From a virus (Duplodnaviria > Heunggongvirae > Uroviricota > Caudoviricetes): a DNA stretch of 64,000 nt. Below the pieces are notes generated by a model. That model was not told where the DNA came from, searched no databases, and was given only the letters and a program-made list of their open reading frames with translations. Shown piece by piece: positions 38,001 through 47,516 of the stretch. Made by a program: the position numbers and the translations under genes. Numbering within the stretch: the first letter of the stretch is position 1; every line of letters starts with the position of its first letter. The DNA lies in the IMG/VR virus record IMGVR_UViG_3300032322_001781; one strand, 5' to 3'.

Positions 38001-39240
38001 AAACTTTGAAGTCAATACTAAAATAAGTAATAGATTCTATAATGAAGCTACGTATTTTGAAAAACTAAAACAAACCGATAGTTTTGTTTTTGATTCGTTT
38101 AGAGAAAAAATAAGATATTTTCACCCAGCTTTTCACTCTATGACACCAGAGGGGTTAAATTCTAGATTAACCTTTTTACAACAATGTACAAGGCAAGGAC
38201 CAACAACAGAGTCGTCTAATACCAATAATTTGGCCTTTGGTAGACCACCAATTTGTATTTTAAGAATTGGTGACTTTTTCCATACTAAAGTGGTTATAGA
38301 TAATCTATCAATTGATTACGAACCACTTGTTTGGGATTTAAATCCAGAAGGAATTGGTGTTCAACCAATGATAGCTAACGTAACGTTATCACTTAAAATT
38401 ATTGGTGGTTCATCTCTTATTGGACCTATAAATAAATTACAAAACGCTTTGTCATTTAACTATTACGCAAATACCCATGTTTACGACCCAAGAGCTGATT
38501 ATATTGCAACAAAAGATGATTTAGTTGGTATTAACCCAGATACATATAAACCCAGTTATGATGCTGATAAAAAATATGGTTTGGTAAATGGTGAAATAAA
38601 CATAAATAAGTATAGTACTAGTTCAGTTGTTTCTGAAAAACAAATTGAACCAGAAATAAATCAAACTGAAGCGTGTGATGAAGAACTTGATGCAGCTGCT
38701 AAAAAAGCTCCATTGTCAACTCCAACAACTGGAACCACTGAACCTGAAATAACATCAGTTAAATATGTTAAACTAGAACCTGTTGCTGGTGAAAATAATA
38801 CTTATGACGTGACGATACTTTTAAATCAAAAAAATATATTTGATGAAAACGGTGACTTTATATTGGCTTCATTTGGAAATGACAATCAAAAGGCTATAGA
38901 TTATTTTAATAAAGGTATTTCTTTTGTTTTATCACAACAAACACCACAAAGCAACGTTAGAAATTTAAGTGCGACTGGAACAAACTTTTTCAATAACAAA
39001 CTTATTAAATATACAAGTGATTTAGGTGAAACAGGTTTAAAAAGTTTATTTGTCCCAAACGCATTTGGATGCGATTATTTTGATTACGAATGTGGTTATA
39101 AATATAGAATTCAAAATTTAGATTTAAGTGTTTTTACATATAATAACCAATTTACGTTTGAACTTAGGTATAATGGTAAAAGAATCCAATTATTTAATTT
39201 CAACCTAAATTATAACGCAGTATCCATATATAATTCATAA
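35002..39240 (+). CDS. Baseplate/tube-initiator protein with inserted OmpA-like domain
   Basis: WFPPYNIQFNESASVNWEATNFIGRGEPVYTY...LSFSIIVDH and PPICILRIGDF..KVVIDNLSIDY flank YANAQG...NQKLIEER. Confidence 0.65.
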   Translation: MAFPFYNTSAPSPSTKNSITNTATGLGYRDFLLNKNLLPQYPFLSTSINGGPRIGEPVLDTSINGNANVVPFGLPLETEGLLRYSIAILPNQYKDDEPTSPSLFDIEYIQKTQGVFGNVDFPQGIQSYPTTASQQVTQYGLFGKTNYAEFRKDLTLFNLYVDTAKQIDMADFISLQPAGFSQQLDSYLDVFGGLNGGGNAGVQAANIIGSILDGNGLGLAKGGVVTNYDVRASLVGRVLGATGLINDTKLGLIGGQQLALALANNAAFNIQEDLLGALNVEENVLSLIKTGNLSGFRPNYTITVPGSLGGRIADYTSRVLGFQVPISYLNEAGSIFLSESNSGNIERANSMILNTGKGQIQSLIANVNASLIGTTENDNPSTTPFRSGYVPGYLDNRGRKAINPNLYAFYDADKGTIYPFAIPDPNSIIPEISYNRSEMISEYDFQSPEENKDGFIAGQPNTTSTYDNRKISDISFSWGSFIGGNVNSNADYANINGNKKSLLVKTQKLFDSKGMKNIISVKGDKDKHSSQIETANNGMISKGSAVVSGDLYSEDGTIINKGATAENTYCRSWTTLDRYDTVSKMVRNSGLTETSKLFGDSYFRFKTVNSTLDSNGFVKIAPYIDDKYSVYDSKGNQTSISDPKNYMLSIENLAWYSQEANLPPVEVGPGDLITETKGRIMWFPPYNIQFNESASVNWEATNFIGRGEPVYTYNNTERTASLSFSIIVDHSSYMNSFRGALGPSDNYVASFVAGCVEPNNRFAERLTVSEISSIVEREVQEPQQQVLDTPIPDPLRFDIYYPNEAYDVNYAITSGYENGLDNNFNNGNSIIGTNRRDPPGLGYGLDFTIGQLTGIPYNDHTNFGFNSAEIVIDGVEYSGVSDINLYNGLSTYMNGKCKYCKITITSYANAQGTKENNQKLIEERNKSASNFLKTFIDGIDNRITTEVGILDPTEAELCTDINDDDIGPCKIYRVSRIVIEYDVNLAIQDKVTPTPVVKKQNFEVNTKISNRFYNEATYFEKLKQTDSFVFDSFREKIRYFHPAFHSMTPEGLNSRLTFLQQCTRQGPTTESSNTNNLAFGRPPICILRIGDFFHTKVVIDNLSIDYEPLVWDLNPEGIGVQPMIANVTLSLKIIGGSSLIGPINKLQNALSFNYYANTHVYDPRADYIATKDDLVGINPDTYKPSYDADKKYGLVNGEININKYSTSSVVSEKQIEPEINQTEACDEELDAAAKKAPLSTPTTGTTEPEITSVKYVKLEPVAGENNTYDVTILLNQKNIFDENGDFILASFGNDNQKAIDYFNKGISFVLSQQTPQSNVRNLSATGTNFFNNKLIKYTSDLGETGLKSLFVPNAFGCDYFDYECGYKYRIQNLDLSVFTYNNQFTFELRYNGKRIQLFNFNLNYNAVSIYNS

Positions 39241-39247
39241 AATAAAC

Positions 39248-39568
39248 ATGGCACAATATTTTGATAGATATGCTAACTTTAGAGAAAATGGTCAAATTAG
39301 ACCATTACCAGGAATAACAATACCTAGAGTCGATAGCGACAAGCTTGCGGTTTATAAAAAAGGTGTTAGTAGACTTGACAAAATAAGCAACACATATTAT
39401 AATAACCCATACAGTGGTTGGTTGATATTATTGGCGAATCCTCAATTTGGTGGGTTGGAGTTTAATATCCCAGACATGTCACCAATAAGGGTTCCTTTTC
39501 CGTATGACAATGCTGTTCAAAGATATATAAACGAAGTTAAAACATATACTCTACTTTATGGCCAATAG
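39248..39568 (+). CDS. LysM-type baseplate wedge protein (gp53-like)
   Basis: RLDKISNTYYNNPYSGWLILLANP...IRVP. Confidence 0.8.
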   Translation: MAQYFDRYANFRENGQIRPLPGITIPRVDSDKLAVYKKGVSRLDKISNTYYNNPYSGWLILLANPQFGGLEFNIPDMSPIRVPFPYDNAVQRYINEVKTYTLLYGQ

Positions 39569-42500
39569 ATTAAATAATCAATACATAGTTGACCCAAATA
39601 GTTTTAACGGGCAAAACTCAAGCTCTAATTTTTTTGTTCCTAATGAAGATTTGACAATTTTTGTTGAATTAACCACAGAAAAAAAAGGTAGGACTCTTCT
39701 TACAAAAAAAGCGGTTGCCAACAGTGTAGAAAGCAATAAAGGAATTAAAATAAATTTTATCCAAGGTGAAAGTTTTGGTAGCAAACGTTTTTTAACAACA
39801 AAATTTACAGAATTAACAACTAGTTTTGAGAATAAAAATTCAAATGAAAATTTAGGAATTACATCTATAGATATAGATTTTAATTCTTCTTTTGCACCGA
39901 TGATAACAATTCAATTTATTGATGTTAGAGGTAGTGCTATTTTTCAAAATGAAGATAAAACAGCTAACAATGAAAATGATTATTCTGTTTTCTTCCAACT
40001 ACCATACCCATTATATAGATTAAAAATAAAAGGGTATTATGGTCAACCAGTGCAATATTGTTTGCACATGACAAAATTCACATCTAGATTTAATTCACAA
40101 ACTGGAAATTTTGAAATAACTGCCAGCTTTGTAGGATATACATATGCGATGTTATCAGATATGTTAATCGGTTATTTAAAAGCTATAGAATATACAAATT
40201 TAGGTCGTGACAAATATAAAGAATTAAAAGACGAAGACCCAAAATTAATAACGTTGGATGGATTATATGATAAAATATCTAAAATAAATGATGGTGTTGG
40301 TAGGATTCTATCTAACAGCGAGGAATATAGTCAACTTAAGCTAGCTGAAACCAAGATAGGTATTATTACCGATATAAGAGGCACAATACAAAATTTTAGT
40401 GAAACTGTCGATATAAATAAAAAATCAAGCACATATGATTTTGCTATTATAGACCCAACAAATAAAGATTATGAAAAAGCGGCAACAACATATAGAGAAT
40501 CTATTAACCAACTAGTTGATACATTTAACGAAAACAATGATATACAATTAGATAAAAATGAGTTTATAAATATAAAAAAATATGATAAATTAACTTTAAA
40601 GATTTTATCAGATTCAACTAACAATTACTCTGAAGCTAATAAAAAACTAATAAGCTCAACAAACCCAGAAGAAACAAGAAAAAGTTTGCTTTCTTATATT
40701 AACAACAACAATTACGGTTTGCAAGACACTTTTGAATTTAATGTTGTTGACAATACAAATCTTTTTAAACAATTAAACGATAAACTTACAAAAATAGATT
40801 CTGACATTGAATCCACTAAAAAGAACTTGGCCAAAGGGTTAAGTTTAGAAGTTAAATCAGAATTAGATTTTGACCCTTCTATACGAAACATAATTAAAAT
40901 ATTTACAGCTGCTGCTGAGGTTTTTATGTATTGTATATACGAAGTTTCAAAAAAAGCAATAGACGATTTAGATGGAAATAGAACTACAGAACTAAAAAGA
41001 GCTTTTACAAACCCTGAATTATTATCTGATTTACCATACAAATCTGTTGAAAATAATGGAGTTAATATTTTAATACCACAATATTATCCATGGCCAGAGT
41101 ATAGAAGAGAAACAGATAATGTTTTAGAAGAAGCTTATTTAGGTGAAACTGGTGTTTTAGTCGACCCAAATAATGTACCTGAATTGTTTTTCATAAATGA
41201 TTTGTTAAAGGCTTTTATAAAACAGGCTCAAACACAAAATGACATGGATAGATTAGCCGAAGCTCTAAAATCTAACTGGGTTCCATCAAATCCTTTAGAC
41301 ACAAGAGTTTTCGGAAATCAATTAGCACCATATAGTAGAATTAACCCAAAAACAAAAGATGAGCTTTTGGTTTTGGTTTTAATAAGGGCAGCAACGTTTT
41401 TAGGCATTACAAACAATGAAAATACATTGACATCTGATGAAATAATACAAATGGCTAATCAAGAAGCCCAAGCTGTGATGACCGATACACCAAATAAAGC
41501 AACCGTTGTTCAGTCATTATCTCAATTAAGCTCAGGTGCAACAAGTGTAATCAAGACAACCAAAGGATTAATCAACAACGAAAATTCGTCAATTTTTGTC
41601 GAAGAAAATGGAAATTATCGTTATAGATATATTTTACCAAAAAATATAGATAAATATTTTCCAATAAATGAAGGGTTTTACGAAGCTGAGTGGCCAACTA
41701 ATTTGACACAATTAAAAGATAAACAACAAAACGGTAGTTTATTTTTAGGTAATCGTTATTTTTATGAAACACCAACAAATCCAACTTCTTCAATTGATGA
41801 TGGTTCAATATATCTTAAAATTGTAAAAAAAGAAACATATGTTAATGATGCTGCAAACTATTCTTTACCAACTAATTTAAACACAGAATCAGTAATAGAC
41901 CTAGAAAAATTAAAAAATATAGAAGATAATATTGATAGTGTTGGTTTTAATTGTTTTGGTGGGTTGTATGGTATACAAGAATTTAGTAAATTAAATTGGG
42001 GTGATGATAATTTAAATGGTTTATCACTTAGTACATTATTTTATTCAGACTCAATTGACACAGGTAAAGGCGTTTTTGCAAATGGTCTTGGCTACTTTAG
42101 GTCTGCTTCAAATCAACAAAATCAAAGCCAACCAACATCTTCGCAATTTGATGTAAAACCATCTAAATACAAAGTTTCTAATAAAATAGGAAACATAATC
42201 GATATGTTTACCGAACCTAGTAAAATGTTACACAAAGATTTTGGAAAAACAATAGAATTAACTGCCAAGCAAGTTAAGGAAGGTCAAGGAAATATATCAT
42301 ATCCATATATACATTTTGGTGTTTGTGTGGGAAAAATTACTGATTCTATTTATTTATCCCAAAATACTTTTGTAAATAACGGTATCTTATCTGATGAAAT
42401 AGTTCCGATTAGTTTGTTTGGTAGTAGACTATATTATGGTCAAAAGTCTGAACAAGCTAAAGCTTTTTTATTTTTACACACATTACCATGGAATGGGTTA

Positions 42501-45257
42501 ATAACAAAAACAAATGAGCTATCTCTTTCAACTAGAAATGGTACAATTTTTCAATATGATGAATCAGAAAATTTAATTTTTGGTGTAAAAGATAGTGAAA
42601 TATTAAATTTATTTAAATACAGAGCTGGATTTGTATACGTTCCAAAATTATGGGCTGCTTTTGTTGGTGGTTTGCTTTGGAGAAATGACAGTCAAATTGA
42701 CCCAATTACTTTTTTTGATGGAACTTCATTGATACCAACATTTGGAAATAAATCACCACTGACAGACCCAAATATATATCCAAAAAAAGATGAATATTTG
42801 ACTTTTAGTGAATTTACTGTTTTAGGAATCCCAATAGATGATAAATTACAAAAATTTCAAGGTATGCCTATGTCATTCATTAACAAAGATTCATATTTTT
42901 TTGATTATAAAAAAATAGATGAAGTTTTATTGAAATTACCAAATCAAGCAAAAGAAGAATTTAAAAATTTCTTTTTAGATTTTGTTAATAGTGATGACTG
43001 GAATGCAATTAAGTCTGAATTAGAATTAACCACACAAGGCACTTGGGCGCAAACTTATCAAGCAGCGACTACTTTAAATGGCGGTGTTTTAACACAAACT
43101 GGTGACGAATTTTTCGTAAACACAACCAACATGAAACAACTTTATGGTGATAATTTTGATAACTATGTTATTTTTAACCCATACTTATCACTTAATTTTA
43201 AAGACAATTATTTTTTGGAAATAAAAGATGATGCCGCTGTTACAAAAACTTTGACTAGTGTTTTACAAAAAGAAGTCATCGTGTCAAACATGTCATATAG
43301 AATATGGGATAAACAAAATCTACTAGTAAATCAAAATAATGTAAGTAATGTTGTTATATCAAAAGAAAATGCTGAGTTATATGTCAATACTTTTTTAGAA
43401 AATTTTAAAGGTATGGAACCTATAACCGAGGAACAACAAAAAAAAGAAATTAAAAATAGTATATTTGGTACTGCTGATGATAATTTGATAAAATTTATGT
43501 TATACCGAACATGTAAAAACATGTATGATAAATGGGTGTCTCAATCAGAAGATGGTGATAGTGTTTTTTTTCAATGTGGTGTAAGGAATGAAACGGATTC
43601 AAAATTGGCCAAAAAAAGAACTGATTCTGATTCTGTAAAACCTCGATTAATAGATAGTTTCAGATTTGTAAGTAGGTCTTTTGAAGATATTGGTGATAGA
43701 TTTGCGGTTAATCCTTTTCCTATACATGATATAATGAAGACGCAACCAAACACTAGTTTGTATGATATGGTTACACAGATTCTATCATCCAATAATTTTG
43801 ATTTTATTGCATTGCCGTCTTTTATAAATTATAGACAATCAGAAAAAGTTCAGAGTATTTTTACACCTTACCCAACATATAGAGATAGTGATGTTGGTGG
43901 TCCTTCATTTATTTGTATGTATGCTGGTCAATCATCGAAACACTTAGATTTTAAAGGTTCAAATTACCCAAACGATGGTTTTGATATTAAAGTAGGTGAA
44001 TCGCTATTAACTGATGTACCTAAAGATTTTACAAGCCTTATGAATGATTACGAAGACCCAACTGTTTTTTTTAGAGTAAGGTTTGGACAACAAAATCAAA
44101 ATATTTTTAAAGATATTACTTTAGACCAAAGTGAATTTGCCGAAACAGCAGAGTCTTTACAAATAATGGATGACATATCTCAAAAAGGTGCTGAAACATA
44201 CAGAACTTTAGCTGGTCAAAATATTTACAATGTTTATTCTACTAGAAGTTATAAGGTTGAAGTTGAAATGATGGGTAATGCTATGATTCAACCAATGATG
44301 TATTTTCAATTGGAAAATATACCAATGTTTCATGGTGCTTATGTTATTACTAAAGTTAAACATAGTATAAAACCTAATCATATGACTACTAGTTTTACAG
44401 GTAGTAGATTAAGGAAACCAGTAACTCCAATATTTGAAGCTGGTGATTTATATATGTCATTGATTGATACTATAGATGCTGCAAATATAAACCCTTCAGA
44501 AGCAACTAGACCGTTAGGTTCATTAGGTGGTTGGGTTCAACCAACAGAATCATTTAAATGCGGTGATTTTAATGTTGGCTCAATTAAAACTGATTTAGCA
44601 TTAAATGATACTTTGGTTCCTAAATTAACCGCTACAAAACCAATAAGAGATTTGGTAGCAAATGTTGAAAGCGGGAGCAAAAGTTATGATGCTTATAACA
44701 CAGGAAATGCTGGTAGCTCTGGCATTAAAAATTACAAACCATCAACATTTACTATTAAACAAATAATGGATTTACAAAATTTACCAAAAGGAAACGAAGA
44801 CAGGATTTTTGCTGTTGGAAAATACCAATTAATACCAGAAACATTTAAAGCTATGGTTGAAAATTTAGGTTTTTCTAAAAATGACATTTTTAATTCAGAA
44901 AAACAAGAAAAAGCTGGTATTTGGTTAATAATTGATGGTGCTGGTTATAGAAAAGGTTTAATAAATTATTTTAAAGGCGATGGCAATGAATTAGATTTAC
45001 AAAAAGCAATAACAGATTTAGCTTTAGAGTTTGCGTCTATGCCAACATATTTTGGTCCTAATGTAGATATTGCCAAAAAATACCAAAATGGTGGTGGTTA
45101 TTATCAAATAACTTCTTTGTATGGTGATGTTGCAAATAATTCAGCTAGTGCTAAATTTTGTGCTTTAGACGTAGCTAAAGCTTTAATTAAAACGTGGGAA
45201 AATTTAAATCCAAATAAAAAAATAAAATTTAGTTATGAAAATGCTAAAAATAGATAA
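39558..45257 (+). CDS. Baseplate hub protein with C-terminal lysozyme-like domain
   Basis: Hub motifs GITSIDI..ITIQFIDVRG and VEMMGNAMIQP..YVITKVKH; C-terminal VES..SYDAYN, AVGKYQLIPET, FNSEKQE, LALEFASMP. Confidence 0.75.
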   Translation: MANRLNNQYIVDPNSFNGQNSSSNFFVPNEDLTIFVELTTEKKGRTLLTKKAVANSVESNKGIKINFIQGESFGSKRFLTTKFTELTTSFENKNSNENLGITSIDIDFNSSFAPMITIQFIDVRGSAIFQNEDKTANNENDYSVFFQLPYPLYRLKIKGYYGQPVQYCLHMTKFTSRFNSQTGNFEITASFVGYTYAMLSDMLIGYLKAIEYTNLGRDKYKELKDEDPKLITLDGLYDKISKINDGVGRILSNSEEYSQLKLAETKIGIITDIRGTIQNFSETVDINKKSSTYDFAIIDPTNKDYEKAATTYRESINQLVDTFNENNDIQLDKNEFINIKKYDKLTLKILSDSTNNYSEANKKLISSTNPEETRKSLLSYINNNNYGLQDTFEFNVVDNTNLFKQLNDKLTKIDSDIESTKKNLAKGLSLEVKSELDFDPSIRNIIKIFTAAAEVFMYCIYEVSKKAIDDLDGNRTTELKRAFTNPELLSDLPYKSVENNGVNILIPQYYPWPEYRRETDNVLEEAYLGETGVLVDPNNVPELFFINDLLKAFIKQAQTQNDMDRLAEALKSNWVPSNPLDTRVFGNQLAPYSRINPKTKDELLVLVLIRAATFLGITNNENTLTSDEIIQMANQEAQAVMTDTPNKATVVQSLSQLSSGATSVIKTTKGLINNENSSIFVEENGNYRYRYILPKNIDKYFPINEGFYEAEWPTNLTQLKDKQQNGSLFLGNRYFYETPTNPTSSIDDGSIYLKIVKKETYVNDAANYSLPTNLNTESVIDLEKLKNIEDNIDSVGFNCFGGLYGIQEFSKLNWGDDNLNGLSLSTLFYSDSIDTGKGVFANGLGYFRSASNQQNQSQPTSSQFDVKPSKYKVSNKIGNIIDMFTEPSKMLHKDFGKTIELTAKQVKEGQGNISYPYIHFGVCVGKITDSIYLSQNTFVNNGILSDEIVPISLFGSRLYYGQKSEQAKAFLFLHTLPWNGLITKTNELSLSTRNGTIFQYDESENLIFGVKDSEILNLFKYRAGFVYVPKLWAAFVGGLLWRNDSQIDPITFFDGTSLIPTFGNKSPLTDPNIYPKKDEYLTFSEFTVLGIPIDDKLQKFQGMPMSFINKDSYFFDYKKIDEVLLKLPNQAKEEFKNFFLDFVNSDDWNAIKSELELTTQGTWAQTYQAATTLNGGVLTQTGDEFFVNTTNMKQLYGDNFDNYVIFNPYLSLNFKDNYFLEIKDDAAVTKTLTSVLQKEVIVSNMSYRIWDKQNLLVNQNNVSNVVISKENAELYVNTFLENFKGMEPITEEQQKKEIKNSIFGTADDNLIKFMLYRTCKNMYDKWVSQSEDGDSVFFQCGVRNETDSKLAKKRTDSDSVKPRLIDSFRFVSRSFEDIGDRFAVNPFPIHDIMKTQPNTSLYDMVTQILSSNNFDFIALPSFINYRQSEKVQSIFTPYPTYRDSDVGGPSFICMYAGQSSKHLDFKGSNYPNDGFDIKVGESLLTDVPKDFTSLMNDYEDPTVFFRVRFGQQNQNIFKDITLDQSEFAETAESLQIMDDISQKGAETYRTLAGQNIYNVYSTRSYKVEVEMMGNAMIQPMMYFQLENIPMFHGAYVITKVKHSIKPNHMTTSFTGSRLRKPVTPIFEAGDLYMSLIDTIDAANINPSEATRPLGSLGGWVQPTESFKCGDFNVGSIKTDLALNDTLVPKLTATKPIRDLVANVESGSKSYDAYNTGNAGSSGIKNYKPSTFTIKQIMDLQNLPKGNEDRIFAVGKYQLIPETFKAMVENLGFSKNDIFNSEKQEKAGIWLIIDGAGYRKGLINYFKGDGNELDLQKAITDLALEFASMPTYFGPNVDIAKKYQNGGGYYQITSLYGDVANNSASAKFCALDVAKALIKTWENLNPNKKIKFSYENAKNR

Positions 45258-45298
45258 TAAATTTTTTTATAATGTTTTTTTTAATACCTTTGCGTGAT

Positions 45299-45934
45299 AT
45301 GGTGGCCAATATAGTTACAACAACCAAGGTAAATGTACCAGATGACTTTAACATCGTTAACTCAATTGATTCTATTATAAGTGGTTTACCAACGCTTATA
45401 GTAGGCTATGATTACGTATCAAAACAATATCCAGATTTTGACATAACTGATGTTAAGCTTGATGATAATTTTTATTGGACATTTAAAAGAACCGAAAAAA
45501 GGGATAAACATGATGAAGATTTGGTTTGGTTTGTGAATAAAGTCTATAAAGAATTTACAGATAAGGTTGTTTATGTGTTTGTTGACCCTATTCAATATAG
45601 GGGCAAAACAATGGTTAAGATAATAAGAAAAATAAAGTCTTTACCAAACATAGTAACATACGAACATGGTGAGATGTTGTATCTTTATTCTGAAAATTTT
45701 ATATTTGGTATTGATTTAAAGTTATTAAAATATATTGGCTTTGACTCAGGCAAAATAAAAGATAAGATAAAAGCCAGCAGTAATGTATTTTTGGGGGAAA
45801 ACGAGATACTTATAGAATATAAAAAATGCATAAATTATCTAAACGGTAATATTAGATTTGCACCATACTTATATTCTATAAAAAATGGACAAAACGATTC
45901 TTCTAGCGTCATTCATATTCCCAGAGAGAATTGA
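45299..45934 (+). CDS. Hypothetical protein (start probably 45299)
   Basis: TACCTTTG -7 element at 45285-45292 lies inside the 45272 extension, favouring MVANIV as the start. Confidence 0.65.
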   Translation: MVANIVTTTKVNVPDDFNIVNSIDSIISGLPTLIVGYDYVSKQYPDFDITDVKLDDNFYWTFKRTEKRDKHDEDLVWFVNKVYKEFTDKVVYVFVDPIQYRGKTMVKIIRKIKSLPNIVTYEHGEMLYLYSENFIFGIDLKLLKYIGFDSGKIKDKIKASSNVFLGENEILIEYKKCINYLNGNIRFAPYLYSIKNGQNDSSSVIHIPREN

Positions 45935-46286
45935 TTGGTTTATTAGTTATTTGGAAGCCAAATTTTCAATAACGAAGGATAAGGTTTTTTGTTACAAAAA
46001 TTTAGATGATGAATCAAAGGTAATAATGACATTTAAATTTAAGGTAGATAAAGACAAAAAAATAAACTTAAAAGATTTATTTCCAAACGCAGTACCTATT
46101 CATAAGAAAGGTAACGCCCTATACACTATAAATGCGTTAAACAAATTGATTGATTTAAAAGTCGGTGTAGATAATGGAAATATTGATTATAAGTCCTATA
46201 AAATTGATTGGTCAGAATATCAAGATAAGATTATTTTATTAAATGGTCAAGAACTAGGGGTTTTCAATATTCAGAGGATTTTTTAA
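45885..46286 (+). CDS. Hypothetical phage protein
   Basis: HKKGNALYTINALNKLI; ATACTTATA motif at 45865-45873. Confidence 0.7.
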   Translation: MDKTILLASFIFPERIDWFISYLEAKFSITKDKVFCYKNLDDESKVIMTFKFKVDKDKKINLKDLFPNAVPIHKKGNALYTINALNKLIDLKVGVDNGNIDYKSYKIDWSEYQDKIILLNGQELGVFNIQRIF

Positions 46287-46317
46287 TACATTTGAGATAT
46301 TTATATTAAAGATAACA

Positions 46318-46539
46318 ATGTTAAAAACGAAAGTTATGGAAAATTCAAATAAAAAACTTGACCAAACTAAAAAAAAATCTGAAGACCTTATAAATGCTCT
46401 AGATTCAATGTTGGAAAACAATCAAGACTCAAATCTAGATTGCAGTTCTGGTGTTTGCATTATAAAAGGTGATAAGAGTATTGTTGAAAGAATCAACAAG
46501 AAAATAATAACAGAAGATGGAAGACAATTATTATTCTAA
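46318..46539 (+). CDS. Small hypothetical protein
   Basis: 73 aa; CSSGVC; ATATTTATA at 46297-46305. Confidence 0.65.
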   Translation: MLKTKVMENSNKKLDQTKKKSEDLINALDSMLENNQDSNLDCSSGVCIIKGDKSIVERINKKIITEDGRQLLF

Positions 46540-47309
46540 TGAAAAAAACTAAATTTGACGTTAATTTATTAAAAGAAGAACAAAATAGGTTTAAACTTTT
46601 GTTGGAATACGACTTTTATCAAGAGAAGAAAGAAATTCCAGAATTCAAAAACCTAATTCTAGGGGATACTATGGATGAAGCCGAAGAAGAACCAACTGAT
46701 TTAGCTCCAGAAGACGAAATAGGTGCTGCTGCCGATAATGTTGCGTCTGACCTAGGTGTAGATGAACCATCTGGTGATGAAGAAATTACAGATTTGCCAG
46801 ATGAGGAGGCTCCAGCTGAAGAACAACCATCTGATGAAGAAGCTCCAGCTGAAGAACAACCATCTGATGAAGTAGAAGTTGATGTAACATCTATTGTTAA
46901 AGGTTCCGAAGAGGCTAAAAAAGCGGCTGATGCTGCGACAAAAAATACCGAAATGTTGCTTCAAAAATTAGCTGACTTAGAATCACGTGTTGCTAATATG
47001 ACTGACATTACCAATAAAATAGAAGGGTTAGAACAAGAAATAATAAAAAGAAACCCAACACCAGTTGAAAAATTGGAAATGAGGTCTCTTCATTCATACC
47101 CTTTTAATCAAAAATTAAGTGATTATTGGGCTGATAAAGAAGGTATGTATGATGTCATGGGTACGTCTAATAAACCAAAAGAATATGTTTTAACAAAGGG
47201 TGATGTAGACTCTACTTATAGTGATGCATCAGTAAAAAAATCGTTTTCAATTCCAGAAAATCCGTATACTGAGGATGACCTTCCAGATTATGAAGAAGAA
47301 GAAATTTAA
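46539..47309 (+). CDS. Acidic coiled-coil protein, possibly prohead core/scaffold-like
   Basis: LLKEE..RFK.LLEY N-terminus, E/D/P-rich linker, coiled coil. Confidence 0.55.
   Translation: MKKTKFDVNLLKEEQNRFKLLLEYDFYQEKKEIPEFKNLILGDTMDEAEEEPTDLAPEDEIGAAADNVASDLGVDEPSGDEEITDLPDEEAPAEEQPSDEEAPAEEQPSDEVEVDVTSIVKGSEEAKKAADAATKNTEMLLQKLADLESRVANMTDITNKIEGLEQEIIKRNPTPVEKLEMRSLHSYPFNQKLSDYWADKEGMYDVMGTSNKPKEYVLTKGDVDSTYSDASVKKSFSIPENPYTEDDLPDYEEEEI
46800..46872 (+). repeat. 33-bp coding tandem repeat (DEEAPAEEQPS x2)
   Basis: GATGARGARGCTCCAGCTGAAGAACAACCATCT x2. Confidence 0.9.
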
Positions 47310-47311
47310 AT

Positions 47312-47339
47312 AAAGGCCCCTTTTTTTGGGGCTTTTTTT
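47312..47339 (+). terminator. Intrinsic terminator
   Basis: AAAGGCCCC-T7-GGGGCTTTTTTT. Confidence 0.8.
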
Positions 47340-47357
47340 ATTTTTGTGTGTGACTAC

Positions 47358-47461
47358 TTGCATGATTTAAAAAAGTGTAGTATATTTGCATTTATAAGCT
47401 TAAAATACTAGGAAAACGGATAAAATTATGCTTGACTTTTTCAGTATTTTTAGTATATTTG
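47358..47461 (+). promoter_or_regulatory. Tandem Bacteroidota-type promoters of the SSB/recombination operon
   Basis: TTG-N20-TATATTTG (47381-47388) and TTG-N19-TATATTTG (47454-47461). Confidence 0.7.
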
Positions 47462-47516
47462 TAGTATAAAAAAAGAGTAAAAAATAACATCTATATAAAT
47501 TTAAAAACAAACAAAA

